From positions 1 to 42,252 of the IMG/VR virus record IMGVR_UViG_3300011443_000025: a stretch of DNA of 42,252 nt. One strand, 5' to 3'. The notes below the pieces were generated by a model. That model was not told the origin of the DNA, did not search any database, and worked only from the letters and a program-made list of their open reading frames with translations. Source of the stretch: a virus (lineage: Duplodnaviria > Caudoviricetes). The translations under genes were made by a program, and so were the position numbers. Numbering within the stretch: the stretch's first letter is position 1; each line of letters begins with the position of its first letter. Below, piece by piece: positions 28,260-35,945 of the stretch.

Positions 28260-29096
28260 ATGCAGACGGGACTGGTGTGGCCGATACCTGGCGCCGAGTC
28301 GGTGTGGCCGAGCCCGGCGTGGGCGCAGACCTTTGCCGACGCCGGGTTTGCCTTCATCCGCATGGACGTGCCGGTCAGCCGCGACCGCGCGAACGCCGAG
28401 GCGAGTATTCGCGTGATGCGCGACGCCGGGCTCGCGGTGCTGCCCATCCTGGCGTGGCCGCACGCCGAGCCGGACGTCGAGGCCCTGTGCGGCTTTGCCC
28501 GCTGGTACGTCGAGACGTTCCCGGACAGCCAGTGGGTGACGCTTGGCAACGAGCCGTGGATTCTCGACAAGGTGTGGGGGCAGGCGTACCTGCGCGTGGC
28601 GGCGCCGATGGCCGACGCGCTCGAGGCGGCGCATCCCACCGTGCGCGTCGTGCTCGCGATGGACCTGTACGACCACGTGAGCGGCGAGGAGCGGCACTGG
28701 CCGGGCGTCGATGACGTCATTGCCTGCATTGCCTCCAGCCCGCGGCGGTATGCCGACCTGCACCCGTACCGCAACCCCTACCGGCCGACCTTCTCGCCGT
28801 GGGGCAGTCGGGACGCGGAGTACGCGGCCATCTGTGAGCGGCTCGGGCATGACCGCATCATCTACAGCGAGGTCGGGTGGAAGCCGAACGAGGGGGCGCG
28901 GCAAGCGAGCGGCGCCTACCACGTCGAGGAGCTTGAGATTGACGCGCGCCACGGCCTCCCGCTCGTCGCCCTCTACTGCCATATCGCCGACCTCGTCACG
29001 CCGGCCATGGACTTCGGGCTGTGGCTCGTCGAGCCGGACCACACGCTGACGCCGCGGCCGGCGGCGGTCACCGTCGCGGCCTTCCTGCAGACGTAA
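28260..29096 (+). CDS. Clan GH-A-like glycoside hydrolase (TIM barrel)
   Basis: FIRMDV, TLGNEPW (acid/base), DLHPY, IYSEVGW (nucleophile) and DFGL. Confidence 0.75.
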   Translation: MQTGLVWPIPGAESVWPSPAWAQTFADAGFAFIRMDVPVSRDRANAEASIRVMRDAGLAVLPILAWPHAEPDVEALCGFARWYVETFPDSQWVTLGNEPWILDKVWGQAYLRVAAPMADALEAAHPTVRVVLAMDLYDHVSGEERHWPGVDDVIACIASSPRRYADLHPYRNPYRPTFSPWGSRDAEYAAICERLGHDRIIYSEVGWKPNEGARQASGAYHVEELEIDARHGLPLVALYCHIADLVTPAMDFGLWLVEPDHTLTPRPAAVTVAAFLQT

Positions 29097-29121
29097 GTTG
29101 GTACTCCTAGGCGAGTTCTGT

Positions 29122-29151
29122 TTGACGCGTGCTGAATGGCTGAGCTACGCT
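29122..29151 (+). promoter_or_regulatory. Sigma70-like promoter for the stand-alone HTH gene
   Basis: TTGACG-N18-TACGCT, ending 9 nt before ATG 29161. Confidence 0.6.
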
Positions 29152-29160
29152 GCGCGCACC

Positions 29161-29553
29161 ATGCAAGTCAACCCACCGCAGATGATTGCAGCACCCAGTG
29201 GCAAGTATTCGTCGATGCCGGACTACATCGCCAAGGCTATCCATCAGGTCGGCTCTGGGAAGTCGCTCGCCAAGCTGGTCGGGCTCACGACCGGCGCGCG
29301 TGTCTCGGATTGGCGGGCGGGGCACGGCGTCCCTGGCGTGTTGATGGCGCTGCGCCTGGCGCGCATTACCGGGGACGATCCCTTCGATGTCCTGACGATG
29401 GCGGGGCACACGGAAGAAGTCGAAGAACTGCGGAAGGTCATGGCCGGCGGCGGCGCACCTGCGGCCAGTCACATCCACGCCAGCGCAGCGGCGGAGAAGA
29501 TGGAGATGGCCATCCGCCTGGCGCATCGGGCGATGGAGGCGTTGAGGCCATGA
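29161..29553 (+). CDS. XRE-family HTH regulator
   Basis: SGKSLAKLVGLTTGARVSDWRAGHGVPGVLMALRLARITG. Confidence 0.75.
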   Translation: MQVNPPQMIAAPSGKYSSMPDYIAKAIHQVGSGKSLAKLVGLTTGARVSDWRAGHGVPGVLMALRLARITGDDPFDVLTMAGHTEEVEELRKVMAGGGAPAASHIHASAAAEKMEMAIRLAHRAMEALRP

Positions 29554-29605
29554 GCGAGCTGCGGTGTCACGCATCCCGTGACACAGGTGCTCAGGCCTGC
29601 TGAGG

Positions 29606-29839
29606 TGTGCTGCACGCTGTGCTGCACGGAGTGCCCAAAAGAGCCCTTTTGTGGCCCAAGTTGACGTACCGCGCCGCCATCGGGCGTGGGCCGGAATCGT
29701 GCGGTTTCCTCAATATTCTCTAGGGAGAAGTGGTGGAGCGGGCTACGGGAATCGAACCCGTCTGACTGGCTTGGGAAGCCTAGGAATGTGAACACTTTTC
29801 CTGAATGATGTCGCGCTGTGCTGCACCGCTGTGCTGCAC
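29606..29839. repeat. Integrase arm-type sites: four TGTGCTGCAC copies flanking the att core
   Basis: Copies at 29606, 29618, 29817 and 29830, i.e. one pair on each side of the tRNA-like core. Confidence 0.8.
29731..29780 (-). mobile_element. attP core: 3' part of tRNA-Gly(CCC)
   Basis: The minus strand reads GGC-TTCCCAA-GCCAGTCAG-ACGGG-TTCGATT-CCCGT-AGCCCGC-T-CCA-CCA: anticodon loop, T-arm and acceptor 3' strand. No D-arm or 5' acceptor strand is present. It lies about 85 nt past the int stop. Confidence 0.88.
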
Positions 29840-29864
29840 GGATCGGCGAAATGCACCAGCGTCA

Positions 29865-30905
29865 TCAGGACAGCTTCTCGATCGCGTCTACCGCGGCTCG
29901 TTGCGCCCGGCTCCGCGCGTACCGCATCGACGTCTCGAGGTCACGGTGCTGCAGGAGCTGCTGCAGCGCCTGGATGTCGCCGCCCGTGGCATCGAGCACC
30001 CGCCCGGCGAACGAGTGCCGCAGGATGTAGGGCGTGCAGGGCGGCACCGCCGTCCCGGCCTGCCGGACCACCGCGCAGGCCCGGTCCCACACGATACACA
30101 ACGTCTGCCGGGTGACGCCGCCCCAGGCGTCCTCGGTGCGGTAGGCCGCGAAGGCGAACACCGCCGCGGGCGTCAGCGGCAGGACGACGCCGGCCACCTT
30201 CCCGCCCTTCTGTCGCACGCCCAGCGTCACCCGTCGCCGCCGCTCATCGACGTCGGCCGGCGTCAGCTTGCGTAGCGTCTCGGGTGGCAGGCCCGTCTCG
30301 GCCATCACGACCAGGAACGCCGACGCCTTCGACGGCGGCATCGCCGCGAGCAGTTGGCGGATGAGCGGGTAGGGCAGCTCGCGCGGCACGGGCAGGGGCT
30401 CGACCGTGTAGGGCAGCGTGTCGCGCGCCAGCGTGGCCAGGGCCGCGTCGTGCAGCGCGAGGCAGGCCACCAGCGCCGTGCGGCGGTGATTGAGCGTGGA
30501 GACGGCCGTGCCGGCCTTGCGCCAGGTGTTCACGGTGGTGAGCAGGTCGCGCACGGTCAGCGCGTCGAGTCGGACGTGGCCGAGGGCGCGGCGCCACGCC
30601 AGGACATCCGCACAGCGGGACTCGTAGGAGGGCATCGCGGTCACGGTGAGGAGGTAGGCATGGGCCGCCTCTTCGAGCGTCTGTGCGGGGCCGGCACGCG
30701 GCTGGAGTTCGGCGTCGGCGTCGGCCGTCGCACGGAGCCGGACCTTCGCGGCTTCCTGCCAGGCGCGCATCTCGCGCGTCGGCGTATCCGACGGGAAGAG
30801 TGTCGAGAGCGTGCGCCTGGCGCCGCGCCCGCCGACACTGACCGACGCGCGCCATTTGTCGCGAAACCAGCGAATGCCGGGCGCAGGCGCAGGCCGGTCA
30901 GGCAT
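29865..30905 (-). CDS. int: Tyrosine integrase (atypical box I)
   Basis: N-terminal arm-binding domain; STLNHRRTAL; YILRHSFA; LLQHRDLETSMRY with catalytic Tyr; adjacent to attP. Confidence 0.9.
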   Translation of the reverse strand: MPDRPAPAPGIRWFRDKWRASVSVGGRGARRTLSTLFPSDTPTREMRAWQEAAKVRLRATADADAELQPRAGPAQTLEEAAHAYLLTVTAMPSYESRCADVLAWRRALGHVRLDALTVRDLLTTVNTWRKAGTAVSTLNHRRTALVACLALHDAALATLARDTLPYTVEPLPVPRELPYPLIRQLLAAMPPSKASAFLVVMAETGLPPETLRKLTPADVDERRRRVTLGVRQKGGKVAGVVLPLTPAAVFAFAAYRTEDAWGGVTRQTLCIVWDRACAVVRQAGTAVPPCTPYILRHSFAGRVLDATGGDIQALQQLLQHRDLETSMRYARSRAQRAAVDAIEKLS

Positions 30906-30907
30906 GG

Positions 30908-31342
30908 CTAGCTGCCGGACGCGCGCTCGATCTTGATGCCCGACCGGGCTTCCAGGGTCGCGATCATCCGCGGGGCGGTGTCCTTCCCCATCTCGACCTC
31001 GATGTACTCGCCGCGCCCGGTGGACGTCTTGTACTGGATGGTGAGGAAGTGGTCCTCAGCCTTGCCGGTTCTGGGGCCGAACAGCTTCCGCACGCGCGAC
31101 CGGCGGTCGTAGACGAGCGACGTCATCGCCGTGTACGGCACATCAATCGGATCGGCCTTCTTGATGGGCACGAAGGTCACCGTGGCGGCCGTGAACGTGA
31201 CCGTCATGTCCACCTTGACCGTGTCGTCGCCCTGCATCAGGAACTGGCGGATCTGTTTGGTGAACGTGACGGGGGCGACGTCCTGCGCGGCGACCGGCAG
31301 GGCACAGAGGACAACAAGACACACACACAGCAGACGACCCAC
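30908..31342 (-). CDS. Secreted/periplasmic protein, candidate superinfection exclusion or lysogenic conversion factor
   Basis: MGRLLCVCLVVLCALPVAA|QD signal peptide; RBS AAGGAG; located between the repressors and int. Confidence 0.65.
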   Translation of the reverse strand: MGRLLCVCLVVLCALPVAAQDVAPVTFTKQIRQFLMQGDDTVKVDMTVTFTAATVTFVPIKKADPIDVPYTAMTSLVYDRRSRVRKLFGPRTGKAEDHFLTIQYKTSTGRGEYIEVEMGKDTAPRMIATLEARSGIKIERASGS

Positions 31343-31470
31343 GATTACTCCTTCACTGCCGAGCCATTCTCACGCAGCACTCCCACAAGCATGCGGGCTT
31401 CGCGCCGCCGCCGCTACTGCCGCCCGATAGCGGTCGCTCACGCGGCTCGCACCCGGCGAGCGTCGTGGAG

Positions 31471-31752
31471 TCAGGTGACGGCGAGCGCCTGCGCGATCAG
31501 CGTGACGATGGGCGCCACCCGTCGAAGGGCCACCGGCAGCGGGGCCGGTGTGGTGCGTGGCCGCGTCGCGGCATGCAGTGCGGCATGGCGTTGACGCGAA
31601 GCGGTGGGTGGACGGGCCGACCGCAACATGAAGGGCGCGAGCGCGTCGCGCACGGCCGCACAGATGGCCGTCCGTTGATTGCGGTGTCGCTCCAGCACAC
31701 TTGTGACCAACAGTAACGCTGCGCGCCCTTCGGGGCCGATCCTGATTGGCAT
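31471..31752 (-). CDS. Hypothetical protein
   Basis: Strong RBS AGGAAAGGA upstream; same strand as the lysogeny operon. Confidence 0.5.
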   Translation of the reverse strand: MPIRIGPEGRAALLLVTSVLERHRNQRTAICAAVRDALAPFMLRSARPPTASRQRHAALHAATRPRTTPAPLPVALRRVAPIVTLIAQALAVT

Positions 31753-31937
31753 CCGTGACGGTCCTTTCCTGAACGGCGTGGGGCTGGGGCCAGACGCGGG
31801 TAAGCGGAAGGATGGTCACTGTAGCGAAGGTGTCTCGGCCCTGTACAGCACGGCTATACCAAGGTCTAGATTTGTAGGTAAATGCCACAAAACCGGCGCG
31901 AATTGCCACATGCGCCCATGTCACGACGCACATGTGC

Positions 31938-32366
31938 TTACGCTTTCCGCTCGCGTCGGATGCGGTTCAGGTGCGCTTCAAACGTGTCGATGACGTCGTC
32001 CTCGCAGTCGGGATACGTGTGGACCGTCGCGGCGGTTTTCACACTCAGGGCATAGACCATCGCCCCACCCAGCCGGAGCAGGATCGGATCATCCGCGGGC
32101 AACTTCACGATGGGCGCGGCGTGTCGCGGCGCGCGGGCATCGTAGGCACCACCGAAAGCCGCGAAGTGATCGACGGGCACACCGAGCGCCGCCGCGAGCT
32201 TTTCGAGTGTGGCCGGGTCGGGCGTCACGCTGCCGTTCTCGTACTTGGTGACTTGCGTCGCCCGTTGCTGTCCGATGGCCCGTGCCAGATCCTCCTGGCG
32301 CATCGCGCCGGAATTGTGATGGAGGCGTAGTCGTCGGATCTCGGCACCCAGCGTCCGTGTCGTCAT
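31938..32366 (-). CDS. XRE/CI-like repressor paralogue 2
   Basis: LGAEIRRLR..MRQEDLARAIG..QVTKYENG..PDPATLEKLAAALGV. Start at ATG 32366. Confidence 0.85.
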   Translation of the reverse strand: MTTRTLGAEIRRLRLHHNSGAMRQEDLARAIGQQRATQVTKYENGSVTPDPATLEKLAAALGVPVDHFAAFGGAYDARAPRHAAPIVKLPADDPILLRLGGAMVYALSVKTAATVHTYPDCEDDVIDTFEAHLNRIRRERKA

Positions 32367-32380
32367 GCGTCGGTGGCCCT

Positions 32381-32935
32381 TTACGCGTGCTTGCGTTTCT
32401 GGTGGGGAGTGCTGTGCTGGACCTTGGCGGCGAGCGCTGCCAGGAACTCTTCGATGGTGAGGTTGAGTTCGTCGCCGCTCGCGCGGTGCTTCTCGAGGAC
32501 GGCGATGAGCGACCACACGGTCGCCATGCCACGCGACCCGACCAGCCGCAGCATCTCCGGACCGTCGGTCGCCAGGGCTTCGATCTGCTGCAGGATGTCG
32601 CCGGGCAGCTTGTCGCTGTGCGAGTGGGAGATGAAGACGTCCGACTTACTGCGTGACTCCGTTGGCGTGGCCGTCGCTTCCGCGAGCGCGCGCTGCCGGC
32701 GTGTCATTCGTGGGGCGGCTGGATCGTAGGCCTGGCCGAACTGACGGAGATACTCTGGCGTCACGCCCAGCACGTCGGCGAGCCGCAGCAGGTTGGGCTC
32801 GGACGGTCGGCGATCGTCATTCTCCCAGAGCGAGACCTTGCCGGCCCGTGCGTGTCCGACGGCCTTGGCGACCTGTTCCTGCGTGAGTCCACGCGCCTCT
32901 CGAAGTCGGGCTAGTTCCCTTCCAAGAGTCAGCAC
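32381..32935 (-). CDS. CI-like immunity repressor (XRE HTH)
   Basis: LGRELARLREARGLTQEQVAKAVG..VSLWENDDRRPSEPNLLRLADVLGV; divergent from cro. The GTG start at 32935 is inferred. Confidence 0.85.
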   Translation of the reverse strand: MLTLGRELARLREARGLTQEQVAKAVGHARAGKVSLWENDDRRPSEPNLLRLADVLGVTPEYLRQFGQAYDPAAPRMTRRQRALAEATATPTESRSKSDVFISHSHSDKLPGDILQQIEALATDGPEMLRLVGSRGMATVWSLIAVLEKHRASGDELNLTIEEFLAALAAKVQHSTPHQKRKHA

Positions 32936-32965
32936 ACCAGCTATCTGACAGGCCGCAGCACTACC

Positions 32966-33021
32966 CGTCAAATAATCCGGGGAGAATGTGCTTGACGTCC
33001 CCGGACACATCCGGCTAGTAT
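32966..33021. promoter_or_regulatory. Divergent immunity promoters/operators
   Basis: Plus strand TTGACG(32992)-N18-TAGTAT(33016), 7 nt before cro ATG 33029. Minus strand TTGACG at 32971-32966. Inverted TCCGGGGA/TCCCCGGA at 32976 and 32998. Confidence 0.65.
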
Positions 33022-33028
33022 GCCGGCC

Positions 33029-33256
33029 ATGCGCTACTTCAACCGATTGCGCGATCACCGCGAGGCTCTCCGGTACACGCAGTGGGACGTGGCCAAGGCC
33101 GTGGACATCACCGTGGACAGGTACGGGCGATTGGAGCAAGGCCGTGGGCGTCTCGCCTACGACGAAGCCAGACGGCTCGTCACGTTCTTCAAGGTCGAGC
33201 CCGATGTGCTCTTCCCGGCCGAGGTCGAGGAGACGGCCGAGGCAAAAGCGTCCTGA
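33029..33256 (+). CDS. Cro-like HTH protein
   Basis: NRLRDHREALRYTQWDVAKAVDITVDRYGRLEQG...VEPDVLFP. Confidence 0.85.
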   Translation: MRYFNRLRDHREALRYTQWDVAKAVDITVDRYGRLEQGRGRLAYDEARRLVTFFKVEPDVLFPAEVEETAEAKAS

Positions 33257-33344
33257 CGCGGTTCAACCATGCGCGCATGTTCGCGCACACATACCGGCGC
33301 AGGTAAGACGGAACGGCTGCAGTGATTCTGGGTAGCGACAACTC

Positions 33345-33650
33345 ATGGCCCACCTGAACGTGAAGGCGCTCGAACTCAAAGCCGCGCTGCGGCGCACGGC
33401 CGACGAGAGCGGCCTGCCACACAAGGCGATTGCCGACATGCTCGGCGTCAGCTACTCGCAGTTCCAGAGCTACTTCGACCCCAGCATCGACGTCCACATG
33501 CCGAGCCATTGGCTGCCGGCCTTCATTGCCATCTGCCACACCAGCACCGCCGCGCTCGACTACCTGACGTCACTCGTCGGGTGCTGCGTGGTGCGCCTGC
33601 CGGCGAAGGGCAGCGGCGAAGTGCTCGTGCTCGAACGGAGACGCGCGTGA
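33345..33650 (+). CDS. CII-like phage regulatory protein
   Basis: KAIADMLGVSYSQF HTH and ALDYL..LVGCCVVRLP; located after cro. Confidence 0.6.
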   Translation: MAHLNVKALELKAALRRTADESGLPHKAIADMLGVSYSQFQSYFDPSIDVHMPSHWLPAFIAICHTSTAALDYLTSLVGCCVVRLPAKGSGEVLVLERRRA

Positions 33651-33889
33651 ACGCCTACCACAGAACTCCGTCCATCGCCGACACGCTGGGCCACACGCTG
33701 ACGCTTGAGGAAGTGCTCGGCGTCCTGAAGTGGTCGCGCACCACCGCGAAGCGGAAGATGCGCGCCGGCACCTTCCCGATTCCGGCGTTGCCACGCATCG
33801 GCCAGGAGCCGTATCGCTTCGCGGCCATCCAGGTTGACCGCTATCTCGCTCGTGCCATGGACACCCCCTACATGCGGAGAGTCGGATGA
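33647..33889 (+). CDS. Excisionase/AlpA-like HTH protein
   Basis: LTLEEVLGVLKWSRTTAKRKMRAGTFPIP...YRF..VDRYL. GTG 33647 coupled. Confidence 0.72.
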   Translation: MNAYHRTPSIADTLGHTLTLEEVLGVLKWSRTTAKRKMRAGTFPIPALPRIGQEPYRFAAIQVDRYLARAMDTPYMRRVG

Positions 33890-34197
33890 GCATCCTGTAC
33901 AGCGACCACTTCGACGGCGCCACCTTCGACAGCACCGAGGATGCCGAGCGGCTGTCGAGCCAGGCGGTGCGCGTGCTCGCGCTGATGCTCGACGGCGAGT
34001 GGCGCACGTTGGCCACCATTGCCGACGCCGTCAGCGGCAGCGAAGCGGGCGTCAGTGCGCGCTTACGTGACCTTCGTAAGGTGCGCTTCGGCGCCTACCA
34101 AGTCGAGCGCCGCCGTGTCGAAGGCGCGCACGGTCTGCATGAGTACCGCGTGCTGCTGCCGGAACCGGAAGTGGTGCTTGACGGGTGGCTGTTCTAG
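33886..34197 (+). CDS. Winged-helix hypothetical protein
   Basis: MLDGEWRTLATIA..GSEAGVSARLRDLRK. Confidence 0.65.
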   Translation: MSILYSDHFDGATFDSTEDAERLSSQAVRVLALMLDGEWRTLATIADAVSGSEAGVSARLRDLRKVRFGAYQVERRRVEGAHGLHEYRVLLPEPEVVLDGWLF

Positions 34198-34344
34198 ATG
34201 ACGGCCGCCTGGTATCTCAGTCGCTGGTGCCGCTGGCGCCGACACGACGAGCCGCTCTGGATGCTGCGTGACCGTGGCCCTGGTTGGGAGTGTCCGACCT
34301 GCGGTCGCTTCCGTGTCTCCCCCGTGCTCAAGGAGCTGGCCTGA
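34198..34344 (+). CDS. Small Zn-binding hypothetical protein
   Basis: Not in the track. 48 aa MTAAWYLSRWCRWRRH...WECPTCGR; fills the gap between neighbours exactly. Confidence 0.5.
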   Translation: MTAAWYLSRWCRWRRHDEPLWMLRDRGPGWECPTCGRFRVSPVLKELA

Positions 34345-34345
34345 C

Positions 34346-34648
34346 ATGCCTGACCTTTCGCCGAGAGTCCTGGCGGCCATGGCGGCCCTTGAGTCGCAGG
34401 CCAACCTGCAACGCCGCACGACCTTGCGCCGCGACGACGTGGACGTGCTCACCGACCTCTTGGTGCCGCACATGTACTACGAGTCGATGGTGCGCGCGCC
34501 GCAGGCCGTCATCGACGCCCTGCGCGCGCGTGGTATCGCCGACGTCGTCACGTACGAGACGCGTGACGACGCTGACGCCGGGCATGACGCGCTGTGTGAC
34601 CGTGTCGGCGACGTGCTGACGGCGATGAAGGCGGGCAAGGTCGCGTGA
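34346..34648 (+). CDS. Hypothetical protein
   Basis: RBS AAGGAG; begins MPDLSPRVL. Confidence 0.6.
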   Translation: MPDLSPRVLAAMAALESQANLQRRTTLRRDDVDVLTDLLVPHMYYESMVRAPQAVIDALRARGIADVVTYETRDDADAGHDALCDRVGDVLTAMKAGKVA

Positions 34649-34649
34649 C

Positions 34650-34889
34650 ATGTCGCTGCCGAGCGGGTGCGCGAAGGGCGACAACGGCTTCGTCTTCATT
34701 CGCCGGCTGCGCGGCGAGCTGCAGGCGTGGAGCGACGTGGAACTGCGCGACCGCCTGTGCCAGGTGACCGCGCACATGACGGCCGACGGGGGCGGGCTGG
34801 AATGGCGGCGGTCGTACACGCGCGCCGTGGCCGTGAGCGAGCGGAAGGCGTTGGTGGCCGAGATTGACCGGCGCGCACGACCGCGCTGA
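34650..34889 (+). CDS. Hypothetical protein
   Basis: Tightly packed in the early operon. Confidence 0.5.
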   Translation: MSLPSGCAKGDNGFVFIRRLRGELQAWSDVELRDRLCQVTAHMTADGGGLEWRRSYTRAVAVSERKALVAEIDRRARPR

Positions 34890-34962
34890 CGCAACAAGCG
34901 CCTGACGACGGATGGGGCCATCGTCAGGCGCATCACACACACGGCCTTGGAGGGCCGCGCAC

Positions 34963-35211
34963 ATGTTCAGCAGGACTGCAGTGTACCGCACCCAGACGCC
35001 GATGCCGACCTTACTGCACCGTCATCTCGACCAGGGACTCGCCGCGATGGCGCGCACCGACGGCCTCCTCGTCCTGACCGAAGCCTACGACGTGCTCGCG
35101 GTGGCGGCGGTGCGGTTGCTCGACCACGTCCCGGCGGATGCCACCGTGGAAGACCTGCGCGCAGCCTTCGCCACCCGCGCCACCCTGGACGCCGCCACGA
35201 AAGCGCCGTGA
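34963..35211 (+). CDS. Hypothetical protein
   Basis: RBS GGAGG; TGATG coupling to erf. Confidence 0.5.
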   Translation: MFSRTAVYRTQTPMPTLLHRHLDQGLAAMARTDGLLVLTEAYDVLAVAAVRLLDHVPADATVEDLRAAFATRATLDAATKAP

Positions 35212-35945
35212 TGCAGACCAGCGAGACGCTCGGTAAGTTCGCGGACGCCCTGGCCAAGGCGCAGGGGACGATGAAGGCGGCGACGAAGAACGCGCTGAAC
35301 CCGCACTACTCGTCTCGGTACGCCGACCTCGACGCCATCATGGACGCCTGTCGCGTCGCGCTGTCGGCGCACGGGATCGCCGTCAACCAGTTCGTGACGG
35401 CCGTCGAGGCCCTTGTGACGGTGACGACGCGGCTCACCCATACCTCAGGCGAGTGGGTGGCGTCGTCGCTGCCGGTGCGGGCCCGCGACGCGACGCCGCA
35501 GTCGATTGGCAGCGCCATCAGTTACGGCCGTCGCTACGGCTTGGCGGCGCTCGCTGGTGTGGTGGCCGACGAGGACGACGACGGTGAAGCCGCGCAGGCC
35601 AAGCCGGCCACCAAGCCACCCGCCGCGCAGAAGCCCTTGCCAACGTCGTCACCGTCACCCGGCCCTGGCCCGGCGGTGACGGCCGCGCGGGCGAACCTGC
35701 GCGCGATTTCTGAACCCCAAAGGAAGCGGCTCTTCGCGATTGCCAAGAAAGAGCAGTCCTGGACAGACGACGACCTGAAGAAGCTGATCGCGACGTTTGG
35801 TTACGAGTCATCGAAAGATATCCGGCTCGCCGACTACGACGCGATCGTGAACGCCATCATGACCGGCGAAGTCGGGAAGCGCGCGCCGGGCGAGGACGAC
35901 GCGGGCGGCTTCGGCGACGCGCCGTGGGAAGGGGAGAAGCACTAA
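35211..35945 (+). CDS. erf: ERF-family ssDNA annealing protein
   Basis: ALAKAQG..KNALNPHYSSRYADL, LTHTSGEW and QSIGSAISYGRRYGLAALAGV..EDDDG. Confidence 0.92.
   Translation: MQTSETLGKFADALAKAQGTMKAATKNALNPHYSSRYADLDAIMDACRVALSAHGIAVNQFVTAVEALVTVTTRLTHTSGEWVASSLPVRARDATPQSIGSAISYGRRYGLAALAGVVADEDDDGEAAQAKPATKPPAAQKPLPTSSPSPGPGPAVTAARANLRAISEPQRKRLFAIAKKEQSWTDDDLKKLIATFGYESSKDIRLADYDAIVNAIMTGEVGKRAPGEDDAGGFGDAPWEGEKH

Noticed and set aside
14815-29096. Diversity-generating retroelement or invertible tail-fibre cassette
   Set aside because: I saw no reverse transcriptase, no invertase and no duplicated TR/VR-like segment by eye. A self dot-plot would confirm.
29731-29810. Complete phage tRNA-Gly gene
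   Set aside because: Only the anticodon loop, T-arm and 3' acceptor strand are present. There is no D-arm or complementary 5' strand, so attP fits better.
32936-33139. N-terminal 68 aa of the 252-aa repressor ORF in the track
   Set aside because: It overlaps cro and the divergent promoter region. The HTH begins near GTG 32935.
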